Shown here piece by piece: positions 10,977-22,235 of a DNA stretch of 64,000 nucleotides. This DNA is from Scenedesmus sp. PABB004. Taxonomy: Eukaryota. The stretch spans positions 1,426,001-1,490,000 of the forward strand of contig CM026548.1 in NCBI GenBank assembly GCA_014905635.1, read 5' to 3'. Position 1 is the first letter of the stretch; every line of letters begins with the position of its first letter. The notes under the pieces were generated by a model, which was not told the origin of the DNA, ran no database searches, and worked only from the letters and a program-made list of their open reading frames with translations. A program made the translations under genes and the position numbers.

Positions 10977-12375
10977 ATGCCGGCGGTGAGCGCCTGCGTG
11001 GGGAAGGCTGAAGCTCGCCCAGGCCCCCTGCTGCTGCGCGCACGTCGCGCGGGCGGCGCTGCAGCGCCCCCGCCGCCCCGCCGCCGCCCGCGCAGTACGG
11101 CGACGCGAGCTACTGGGACGCGCGCTACGCGCGGGAGCCCACCTGCTTTGACTGGTACCAGACCTGGGAGGGCCTCGCGCCCGTGCTGAACGCGCACTTC
11201 AAGCAGCGCGACCGCCTGCTGCACGTGCGCGCCGCCGCGCGCCGCCCGCCAGCGCGGGCCCGCTGCGGCATGCGGGCACGCTCGCCGGCCGGGCGCCGCG
11301 CGCGCGCCCACGGGCGCGCTGGCAGCCAGCCCGTCAGCCGCCGCCCCCCTCCCGCGCGGCCCCTCACGGCAGCGCCGCCGCCCGCCCGGCCGCCCGCCGG
11401 CCCGCGCTCCGCAGATCGGCGTCGGCACGTCGCAGCTGCAGGCCGACATGGTCCGCGAGGGCGGCTACGCCTGCATTGTCAACACCGACATCAGCGCGGT
11501 CGCGGTCGCCCAGATGCAGGCGCTGCACAGCGCGCTGCCGCAGCTCACCTACCGCGTCAGCGACGCGCGGTGCGGTGCATGCGTGCACGGCACGGCGCGC
11601 GCGAGGCAGGGCCGGCAGCGCCCGCGCCCGCGCCCACGGTGCCCACGGCGCGGCAGGCCTGGCGGCGCGCGCGCGTGCGCGCGTCGCTCGCGCTGCTGAC
11701 GCGCGCGACGCCCCGCCCCGCCCTGCGCCCGCGCGTCGCGTCGCGTCGCGTCGCCGCTAGGAGCATGCCCGAGTTTGATGACGCGTCGTTTGACGGCCTG
11801 CTCGACAAGGGCACGCTGGACGCGGTCCTCTGCGGCCCCGACGCGGGCGCCAACGCCGCGGCCGTGCTGGAGGAGTGCGCGCGGTGCGGCGCGCGGGGTT
11901 CCCGCGCAGGGGGGCGGGGAGGGGTGTCGGGGCGCGGGGCTCGCTCGCAGCGCGGCAGCCGCTCCGGTCTGCCACGCGCTGACGGTCGCCGTCGCAGGGT
12001 GCTGCGTCCGGGCGGGACGCTGCTCGTCATCACGTACGGCGACCCCTCGAGCCGGCTGCCCCTGCTGCAGCAGCCCAGCCTGGGCTGGGCGGTCAGCCTC
12101 TACGTGTTGGGCAAGCACGCGGACACGGGGCCCGCGCTCGGGCCGCAGCTCAGCCCCATCATCCAGGGGCCCATCGACACCAGCACCCTGGTGCGCGGAC
12201 GGGCGGCGCGGGCGAGGCCAGGGCGCGGCGGCTCAGCGGCCGGCGGCCACACAGCGCCCGCCGCCGACGCCGCCGCTGCGGCGCTGTGTGCCCCCCGCAG
12301 GGCTCGCTCGATCGCCTCGCCATCCTTGACGGCGTGCACTACGTGTACGTCTGCAGCAAGCCTGCACAGGCGTGA
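10977..12375 (+). CDS. SAM-dependent methyltransferase, EEF1AKMT4/METTL13 N-domain-like; 6 exons, first coding exon 9 nt
   Basis: MPA|YGDASYWDARY...FDWYQ...LLH|IGVGTS...NTDIS...FDGLLDKGTLDAVLCG...R|VLRPGG..ITYGDP..R...HYVYVC. Confidence 0.85.
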
Positions 12376-12659
12376 GCGGCGTCACCCCACTCGTCCCACT
12401 CGCACCGTCAAATTGCCACTGCGCGTGATTTTCGCGCAGCAGAAGCACGCTCGGTCGGCCCGCAGAGAATAAGCGGTGGGCAGCCGGCGAGCGAGCATGA
12501 GGCTTGGGCATGGTTGGGCTGAGGGCCAGGGCACTCTCTGCCGCGGCACCGGCATGCGCGCGTAGCATCGCGCGTCGTGGTCACCATGCAACAAGCACTA
12601 CACTCGAGTCCTGAGAGCATCTGTCAAACTTGACGGCAACGCGAGGGCAGGCGCCCGAT

Positions 12660-13248
12660 GTAACCCCTCTCCCCCCTTGACCCAGCGACCTAAGACGAAG
12701 ACAAAGATAGTTACACCACAGGCTCGCGCCCATTGGTCCCGCGCCCCTTAAGGACAGTGTCCCGCATCTTCCAGATATCCATCACATAATCTGCCACAGA
12801 GTGAGCAGCAAGCTGATCCTGCAGCAGATCACCAAGCAGATAACGCCGAGCCTGCTCCAGTGCTGCACACCGACCCGCCGCGCCGGTAACGGCAGCCCGA
12901 GGGGCCGCCGCACCAGCAGCGACGCTGCTGACGCTGACCGCCGCGCTGACATCAGCAGCCCGAGGGGCCGCCGTATCAACCGCGACGCCGCTGTCACTGA
13001 TGCTGACCGCCGCGCCTGCGTCAGCAGCCCGAGGGGCCGCCGCGCTAGCCACGACGCCGGGGTCGCTGACGCTGCCGCTGCCGCCGCCGCCAGCTCCAGC
13101 CTCCAGCACCTGCAACCGGGGGGCACCGCCGCCCGGCGCCGGCGCTGCGCGCCACCCATCGATCGGTGGTGCCCCGAGCGAACGCATGGCCCCTCCCTCT
13201 CCGCAGCACAGGCCGCGAACTGCTCATGCAACGCCACGCGGCAGCACT
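12660..13248 (-). mobile_element. Probable 5'-truncated non-LTR retrotransposon (LINE) 3' remnant
   Basis: Lower-GC, intronless segment. The ORF ends ...YLLGDLL...VADYVMDIWKMR...*, resembling the C-terminus of LINE ORF2 proteins. It holds an internal ~60-70 bp triplicated motif (cagcccgaggggccgccg). No RT core is present. Confidence 0.4.
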
Positions 13249-16200
13249 GTTGGAGCCGCGCACCTCCGCTCCGCAGGGGCGGCGGGGCAGGGGAAACGGC
13301 GCACGGCATCGCCGCGCCGCGGCGCCGGCGAGCGGCACGCGCGCGGGCGGCGCGCGGCCCGCGGCGCGGCGCGGCCGCCGGCGGCCGACCTCGGCGGCGC
13401 AGCCCGTGGCCGGGCAGCCTGTTGGAGCCGCGCACCTCCGCTCCGCAGGGGCGGCGGGGCAGGGGAAACGGCGCACGGCATCGCCGCGCCGCGGCGCCGG
13501 CGAGCGGCGCGCGCGCGGGCGGCGCGCGGCCCGCGGCGCGGCGCGGCCGCCGGCGGCCGACCTCGGCGGCGCAGCCCGTGGCCGGGCAGCCTGTTGGAGC
13601 CGCGCACCTCCGCTCCGCAGGGGCGGCGGGGCAGGGGAAACGGCGCACGGCATCGCCGCGCCGCGGCGCCGGCGAGCGGCGCGCGCGCGGGCGGCGCGCG
13701 GCCCGCGGCGCGGCGCGGCCGCCGGCGGCCGACCTCGGCGGCGCAGCCCGTGGCCGGGCAGCCTGTTGGAGCCGCGCACCTCCGCTCCGCAGGGGCGGCG
13801 GGGCAGGGGAAACGGCGCACGGCATCGCCGCGCCGCGGCGCCGGCGAGCGGCGCGCGCGCGGGCGGCGCGCGGCCCGCGGCGCGGCGCGGCCGCCGGCGG
13901 CCGACCTCGGCGGCGCAGCCCGTGGCCGGGCAGCCTGTTGGAGCCGCGCACCTCCGCTCCGCAGGGGCGGCGGGGCAGGGGAAACGGCGCACGGCATCGC
14001 CGCGCCGCGGCGCCGGCGAGCGGCGCGCGCGCGGGCGGCGCGCGGCCCGCGGCGCGGCGCGGCCGCCGGCGGCCGACCTCGGCGGCGCAGCCCGTGGCCG
14101 GGCAGCCTGTTGGAGCCGCGCACCTCCGCTCCGCAGGGGCGGCGGGGCAGGGGAAACGGCGCACGGCATCGCCGCGCCGCGGCGCCGGCGAGCGGCGCGC
14201 GCGCGGGCGGCGCGCGGCCCGCGGCGCGGCGCGGCCGCCGGCGGCCGACCTCGGCGGCGCAGCCCGTGGCCGGGCAGCCTGTTGGAGCCGCGCACCTCCG
14301 CTCCGCAGGGGCGGCGGGGCAGGGGAAACGGCGCACGGCATCGCCGCGCCGCGGCGCCGGCGAGCGGCGCGCGCGCGGGCGGCGCGCGGCCCGCGGCGCG
14401 GCGCGGCCGCCGGCGGCCGACCTCGGCGGCGCAGCCCGTGGCCGGGCAGCCTGTTGGAGCCGCGCACCTCCGCTCCGCAGGGGCGGCGGGGCAGGGGAAA
14501 CGGCGCACGGCATCGCCGCGCCGCGGCGCCGGCGAGCGGCGCGCGCGCGGGCGGCGCGCGGCCCGCGGCGCGGCGCGGCCGCCGGCGGCCGACCTCGGCG
14601 GCGCAGCCCGTGGCCGGGCAGCCTGTTGGAGCCGCGCACCTCCGCTCCGCAGGGGCGGCGGGGCAGGGGAAACGGCGCACGGCATCGCCGCGCCGCGGCG
14701 CCGGCGAGCGGCGCGCGCGCGGGCGGCGCGCGGCCCGCGGCGCGGCGCGGCCGCCGGCGGCCGACCTCGGCGGCGCAGCCCGTGGCCGGGCAGCCTGTTG
14801 GAGCCGCGCACCTCCGCTCCGCAGGGGCGGCGGGGCAGGGGAAACGGCGCACGGCATCGCCGCGCCGCGGCGCCGGCGAGCGGCGCGCGCGCGGGCGGCG
14901 CGCGGCCCGCGGCGCGGCGCGGCCGCCGGCGGCCGACCTCGGCGGCGCAGCCCGTGGCCGGGCAGCCTGTTGGAGCCGCGCACCTCCGCTCCGCAGGGGC
15001 GGCGGGGCAGGGGAAACGGCGCACGGCATCGCCGCGCCGCGGCGCCGGCGAGCGGCGCGCGCGCGGGCGGCGCGCGGCCCGCGGCGCGGCGCGGCCGCCG
15101 GCGGCCGACCTCGGCGGCGCAGCCCGTGGCCGGGCAGCCTGTTGGAGCCGCGCACCTCCGCTCCGCAGGGGCGGCGGGGCAGGGGAAACGGCGCACGGCA
15201 TCGCCGCGCCGCGGCGCCGGCGAGCGGCGCGCGCGCGGGCGGCGCGCGGCCCGCGGCGCGGCGCGGCCGCCGGCGGCCGACCTCGGCGGCGCAGCCCGTG
15301 GCCGGGCAGCCTGTTGGAGCCGCGCACCTCCGCTCCGCAGGGGCGGCGGGGCAGGGGAAACGGCGCACGGCATCGCCGCGCCGCGGCGCCGGCGAGCGGC
15401 GCGCGCGCGGGCGGCGCGCGGCCCGCGGCGCGGCGCGGCCGCCGGCGGCCGACCTCGGCGGCGCAGCCCGTGGCCGGGCAGCCTGTTGGAGCCGCGCACC
15501 TCCGCTCCGCAGGGGCGGCGGGGCAGGGGAAACGGCGCACGGCATCGCCGCGCCGCGGCGCCGGCGAGCGGCGCGCGCGCGGGCGGCGCGCGGCCCGCGG
15601 CGCGGCGCGGCCGCCGGCGGCCGACCTCGGCGGCGCAGCCCGTGGCCGGGCAGCCTGTTGGAGCCGCGCACCTCCGCTCCGCAGGGGCGGCGGGGCAGGG
15701 GAAACGGCGCACGGCATCGCCGCGCCGCGGCGCCGGCGAGCGGCGCGCGCGCGGGCGGCGCGCGGCCCGCGGCGCGGCGCGGCCGCCGGCGGCCGACCTC
15801 GGCGGCGCAGCCCGTGGCCGGGCAGCCTGTTGGAGCCGCGCACCTCCGCTCCGCAGGGGCGGCGGGGCAGGGGAAACGGCGCACGGCATCGCCGCGCCGC
15901 GGCGCCGGCGAGCGGCGCGCGCGCGGGCGGCGCGCGGCCCGCGGCGCGGCGCGGCCGCCGGCGGCCGACCTCGGCGGCGCAGCCCGTGGCCGGGCAGCCT
16001 GTTGGAGCCGCGCACCTCCGCTCCGCAGGGGCGGCGGGGCAGGGGAAACGGCGCACGGCATCGCCGCGCCGCGGCGCCGGCGAGCGGCGCGCGCGCGGGC
16101 GGCGCGCGGCCCGCGGCGCGGCGCGGCCGCCGGCGGCCGACCTCGGCGGCGCAGCCCGTGGCCGGGCAGCCTGTTGGAGCCGCGCACCTCCGCTCCGCAG

Positions 16201-19200
16201 GGGCGGCGGGGCAGGGGAAACGGCGCACGGCATCGCCGCGCCGCGGCGCCGGCGAGCGGCGCGCGCGCGGGCGGCGCGCGGCCCGCGGCGCGGCGCGGCC
16301 GCCGGCGGCCGACCTCGGCGGCGCAGCCCGTGGCCGGGCAGCCTGTTGGAGCCGCGCACCTCCGCTCCGCAGGGGCGGCGGGGCAGGGGAAACGGCGCAC
16401 GGCATCGCCGCGCCGCGGCGCCGGCGAGCGGCGCGCGCGCGGGCGGCGCGCGGCCCGCGGCGCGGCGCGGCCGCCGGCGGCCGACCTCGGCGGCGCAGCC
16501 CGTGGCCGGGCAGCCTGTTGGAGCCGCGCACCTCCGCTCCGCAGGGGCGGCGGGGCAGGGGAAACGGCGCACGGCATCGCCGCGCCGCGGCGCCGGCGAG
16601 CGGCGCGCGCGCGGGCGGCGCGCGGCCCGCGGCGCGGCGCGGCCGCCGGCGGCCGACCTCGGCGGCGCAGCCCGTGGCCGGGCAGCCTGTTGGAGCCGCG
16701 CACCTCCGCTCCGCAGGGGCGGCGGGGCAGGGGAAACGGCGCACGGCATCGCCGCGCCGCGGCGCCGGCGAGCGGCGCGCGCGCGGGCGGCGCGCGGCCC
16801 GCGGCGCGGCGCGGCCGCCGGCGGCCGACCTCGGCGGCGCAGCCCGTGGCCGGGCAGCCTGTTGGAGCCGCGCACCTCCGCTCCGCAGGGGCGGCGGGGC
16901 AGGGGAAACGGCGCACGGCATCGCCGCGCCGCGGCGCCGGCGAGCGGCGCGCGCGCGGGCGGCGCGCGGCCCGCGGCGCGGCGCGGCCGCCGGCGGCCGA
17001 CCTCGGCGGCGCAGCCCGTGGCCGGGCAGCCTGTTGGAGCCGCGCACCTCCGCTCCGCAGGGGCGGCGGGGCAGGGGAAACGGCGCACGGCATCGCCGCG
17101 CCGCGGCGCCGGCGAGCGGCGCGCGCGCGCGGGCGGCGCGCGGCCCGCGGCGCGGCGCGGCCGCCGGCGGCCGACCTCGGCGGCGCAGCCCGTGGCCGGG
17201 CAGCCTGTTGGAGCCGCGCACCTCCGCTCCGCAGGGGCGGCGGGGCAGGGGAAACGGCGCACGGCATCGCCGCGCCGCGGCGCCGGCGAGCGGCGCGCGC
17301 GCGCGGGCGGCGCGCGGCCCGCGGCGCGGCGCGGCCGCCGGCGGCCGACCTCGGCGGCGCAGCCCGTGGCCGGGCAGCCTGTTGGAGCCGCGCACCTCCG
17401 CTCCGCAGGGGCGGCGGGGCAGGGGAAACGGCGCACGGCATCGCCGCGCCGCGGCGCCGGCGAGCGGCGCGCGCGCGGGCGGCGCGCGGCCCGCGGCGCG
17501 GCGCGGCCGCCGGCGGCCGACCTCGGCGGCGCAGCCCGTGGCCGGGCAGCCTGTTGGAGCCGCGCACCTCCGCTCCGCAGGGGCGGCGGGGCAGGGGAAA
17601 CGGCGCACGGCATCGCCGCGCCGCGGCGCCGGCGAGCGGCGCGCGCGCGGGCGGCGCGCGGCCCGCGGCGCGGCGCGGCCGCCGGCGGCCGACCTCGGCG
17701 GCGCAGCCCGTGGCCGGGCAGCCTGTTGGAGCCGCGCACCTCCGCTCCGCAGGGGCGGCGGGGCAGGGGAAACGGCGCACGGCATCGCCGCGCCGCGGCG
17801 CCGGCGAGCGGCGCGCGCGCGGGCGGCGCGCGGCCCGCGGCGCGGCGCGGCCGCCGGCGGCCGACCTCGGCGGCGCAGCCCGTGGCCGGGCAGCCTGTTG
17901 GAGCCGCGCACCTCCGCTCCGCAGGGGCGGCGGGGCAGGGGAAACGGCGCACGGCATCGCCGCGCCGCGGCGCCGGCGAGCGGCGCGCGCGCGGGCGGCG
18001 CGCGGCCCGCGGCGCGGCGCGGCCGCCGGCGGCCGACCTCGGCGGCGCAGCCCGTGGCCGGGCAGCCTGTTGGAGCCGCGCACCTCCGCTCCGCAGGGGC
18101 GGCGGGGCAGGGGAAACGGCGCACGGCATCGCCGCGCCGCGGCGCCGGCGAGCGGCGCGCGCGCGCGGGCGGCGCGCGGCCCGCGGCGCGGCGCGGCCGC
18201 CGGCGGCCGACCTCGGCGGCGCAGCCCGTGGCCGGGCAGCCTGTTGGAGCCGCGCACCTCCGCTCCGCAGGGGCGGCGGGGCAGGGGAAACGGCGCACGG
18301 CATCGCCGCGCCGCGGCGCCGGCGAGCGGCGCGCGCGCGCGGCGGCGCGCGGCCCGCGGCGCGGCGCGGCCGCCGGCGGCCGACCTCGGCGGCGCAGCCC
18401 GTGGCCGGGCAGCCTGTTGGAGCCGCGCACCTCCGCTCCGCAGGGGCGGCGGGGCAGGGGAAACGGCGCACGGCATCGCCGCGCCGCGGCGCCGGCGAGC
18501 GGCGCGCGCGCGGGCGGCGCGCGGCCCGCGGCGCGGCGCGGCCGCCGGCGGCCGACCTCGGCGGCGCAGCCCGTGGCCGGGCAGCCTGTTGGAGCCGCGC
18601 ACCTCCGCTCCGCAGGGGCGGCGGGGCAGGGGAAACGGCGCACGGCATCGCCGCGCCGCGGCGCCGGCGAGCGGCGCGCGCGCGGGCGGCGCGCGGCCCG
18701 CGGCGCGGCGCGGCCGCCGGCGGCCGACCTCGGCGGCGCAGCCCGTGGCCGGGCAGCCTGTTGGAGCCGCGCACCTCCGCTCCGCAGGGGCGGCGGGGCA
18801 GGGGAAACGGCGCACGGCATCGCCGCGCCGCGGCGCCGGCGAGCGGCGCGCGCGCGGGCGGCGCGCGGCCCGCGGCGCGGCGCGGCCGCCGGCGGCCGAC
18901 CTCGGCGGCGCAGCCCGTGGCCGGGCAGCCTGTTGGAGCCGCGCACCTCCGCTCCGCAGGGGCGGCGGGGCAGGGGAAACGGCGCACGGCATCGCCGCGC
19001 CGCGGCGCCGGCGAGCGGCGCGCGCGCGGGCGGCGCGCGGCCCGCGGCGCGGCGCGGCCGCCGGCGGCCGACCTCGGCGGCGCAGCCCGTGGCCGGGCAG
19101 CCTGTTGGAGCCGCGCACCTCCGCTCCGCAGGGGCGGCGGGGCAGGGGAAACGGCGCACGGCATCGCCGCGCCGCGGCGCCGGCGAGCGGCGCGCGCGCG

Positions 19201-22120
19201 GGCGGCGCGCGCGCCCGCGGCGCGGCGCGGCCGCCGGCGGCCGACCTCGGCGGCGCAGCCCGTGGCCGGGCAGCCTGTTGGAGCCGCGCACCTCCGCTCC
19301 GCAGGGGCGGCGGGGCAGGGGAAACGGCGCACGGCATCGCCGCGCCGCGGCGCCGGCGAGCGGCGCGCGCGCGGGCGGCGCGCGGCCCGCGGCGCGGCGC
19401 GGCCGCCGGCGGCGACCTCGGCGGCGCAGCCCGTGGCCGGGCAGCCTGTTGGAGCCGCGCACCTCCGCTCCGCAGGGGCGGCGGGGCAGGGGAAACGGCG
19501 CACGGCATCGCCGCGCGCGGCGCCGGCGCGGCGCGCGCGCGGGCGGCGCGCGGCCCGCGGCGCGGCGCGGCCGCCGGCGGCGCACCTCGGCGGCGCAGCC
19601 CGTGGCCGGGCAGCCTGTTGGAGCCGCGCACCTCCGCTCCGCAGGGGCGGCGGGGCAGGGGAAACGGCGCACGGCATCGCCGCGCCGCGGCGCCGGCGAG
19701 CGGCGCGCGCGCGGGCGGCGCGCGGCCCGCGGCGCGGCGCGGCCGCCGGCGGCGCACCTCGGCGGCGCAGCCCGTGGCCGGGCAGCCTGTTGGAGCCGCG
19801 CACCTCCGCTCCGCAGGGGCGGCGGGGCAGGGGAAACGGCGCACGGCATCGCCGCGCCGCGGCGCCGGCGAGCGGCGCGCGCGCGCGGGCGGCGCGCGGC
19901 CCGCGGCGCGGCGCGGCCGCCGGCGGCCGACCTCGGCGGCGCAGCCCGTGGCCGGGCAGCCTGTTGGAGCCGCGCACCTCCGCTCCGCAGGGGCGGCGGG
20001 GCAGGGGAAACGGCGCACGGCATCGCCGCGCCGCGGCGCCGGCGAGCGGCGCGCGCGCGGGCGGCGCGCGGCCCGCGGCGCGGCGCGGCCGCCGGCGGCG
20101 CACCTCGGCGGCGCAGCCCGTGGCCGGGCAGCCTGTTGGACCGCGCACCTCCGCTCCGCAGGGGCGGCGGGGCAGGGGACACGGCGCACGGCATCGCCGC
20201 GCCGCGGCGCCGGCGAGCGGCGCGCGCGCGGGCGGCGCGCGGCCCGCGGCGCGGCGCGGCCGCCGGCGGCCGACCTCGGCGGCGCAGCCCGTGGCCGGGC
20301 AGCCTGTTGGAGCCGCGCACCTCCGCTCCGCAGGGGCGGCGGGGCAGGGGAAACGGCGCACGGCATCGCCGCGCCGCGGCGCCGGCGAGCGGCGCGCGCG
20401 CGGGCGGCGCGCGGCCCGCGGCGCGGCGCGGCCGCCGGCGGCCGACCTCGGCGGCGCAGCCCGTGGCCGGGCAGCCTGTTGGAGCCGCGCACCTCCGCTC
20501 CGCAGTGGCGGCGGGGCAGGGGAAACGGCGCACGGCATCGCCGCGCCGCGGCGCCGGCGAGCGGCGCGCGCGCGGGGCGGCGCGCGGCCCGCGGCGCGGC
20601 GCGGCCGCCGGCGGCGCACCTCGGCGGCGCAGCCCGTGGCCGGGCAGCCTGTTGGAGCCGCGCACCTCCGCTCCGCAGTGGCGGCGGGGCAGGGGACTCG
20701 GCGCACGGCATCGCCGCGCCGCGGCGCCGGCGAGCGGCGCGCGCGCGGGCGGCGCGCGGCCCGCGGCGCGGCGCGGCCGCCGGCGGCGCACCTCGGCGGC
20801 GCAGCCCGTGGCCGGGCAGCCTGTTGGAGCCGCGCACCTCCGCTCCGCAGGGGCGGCGGGGCAGGAGACTCGGCGCACGGCATCGCCGCGCCGCGGCGCC
20901 GGCGAGCGGCGCGCGCGCGGGCGGCGCGCGGCCCGCGGCGCGGCGCGGCCGCCGGCGGCGCACCTCGGCGGCGCAGCCCGTGGCCGGGCAGCCTGTTGGA
21001 GCCGCGCACCTCCGCTCCGCAGTGGCGGCGGGGCAGGGGAAACGGCGCACGGCATCGCCGCGCCGCGGCGCCGGCGAGCGGCGCGCGCGCGGGCGGCGCG
21101 CGGCCCGCGGCGCGGCGCGGCCGCCGGCGGCGCACCTCGGCGGCGCAGCCCGTGGCCGGGCAGCCTGTTGGAGCCGCGCACCTCCGCTCCGCAGGGGCGG
21201 CGGGGCAGGGGACACGGCGCACGGCATCGCCGCGCCGCGGCGCCGGCGAGCGGCGCGCGCGCGGGCGGCGCGCGGCCCGCGGCGCGGCGCGGCCGCCGGC
21301 GGCGCACCTCGGCGGCGCAGCCCGTGGCCGGGCAGCCTGTTGGAGCCGCGCACCTCCGCTCCGCAGGGGCGGCGGGGCAGGGGACACGGCGCACGGCATC
21401 GCCGCGCCGCGGCGCCGGCGAGCGGCGCGCGCGCGGGCGGCGCGCGGCCCGCGGCGCGGCGCGGCCGCCGGCGGCGCACCTCGGCGGCGCAGCCCGTGGC
21501 CGGGCAGCCTGTTGGAGCCGCGCACCTCCGCTCCGCAGGGGCGGCGGGGCAGGGGACACGGCGCACGGCATCGCCGCGCCGCGGCGCCGGCGAGCGGCGC
21601 GCGCGCGGGCGGCGCGCGGCCCGCGGCGCGGCGCGGCCGCCGGCGGCGCACCTCGGCGGCGCAGCCCGTGGCCGGGCAGCCTGTTGGAGCCGCGCACCTC
21701 CGCTCCGCAGGGGCGGCGGGGCAGGGGAAACGGCGCACGGCATCGCCGCGCCGCGGCGCCGGCGAGCGGCGCGCGCGCGGGCGGCGCGCGGCCCGCGGCG
21801 CGGCGCGGCCGCCGGCGGCGCACCTCGGCGGCGCAGCCCGTGGCCGGGCAGCCTGTTGGAGCCGCGCACCTCCGCTCCGCAGGGGCGGCGGGGCAGGGGA
21901 CACGGCGCACGGCATCGCCGCGCCGCGGCGCCGGCGAGCGGCGCGCGCGCGCGGCGGCGCGGCCCGCGGCGCGGCGCGGCCGCCGGCGGCCGACCTCGGC
22001 GGCGCAGCCCGTGGCCGGGCAGCCTGTTGGAGCCGCGCACCTCCGCTCCGCAGGGGCGGCGGGGCAGGGGACACGGCGCACGGCATCGCCGCGCCGCGGC
22101 GCCGGCGAGCGGCGCGCGCG
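13249..22120. repeat. Tandem satellite array, 172-bp monomer, about 51 copies (~8.9 kb)
   Basis: gttggagccg recurs at 13249, 13421, 13593 and onward (period 172). Copies are near-identical on the left and carry variants on the right. Confidence 0.98.
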
Positions 22121-22235
22121 CTGTCGGGGTTGCGCTGCATGCGGCCGCGCTGCGCTCGACGCGGGATGAGTTACCTCCGCCGCCGCCACCGCGCACCGCA
22201 GTAGGCTGCCTTGTGCCGCTTCCGCGTGAGCGGCC

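Noticed and set aside
13249..22120. CRISPR-like or cassette array
   Set aside because: The units are contiguous near-identical copies with no unique spacers, there are no cas or integrase genes, and the context is eukaryotic.
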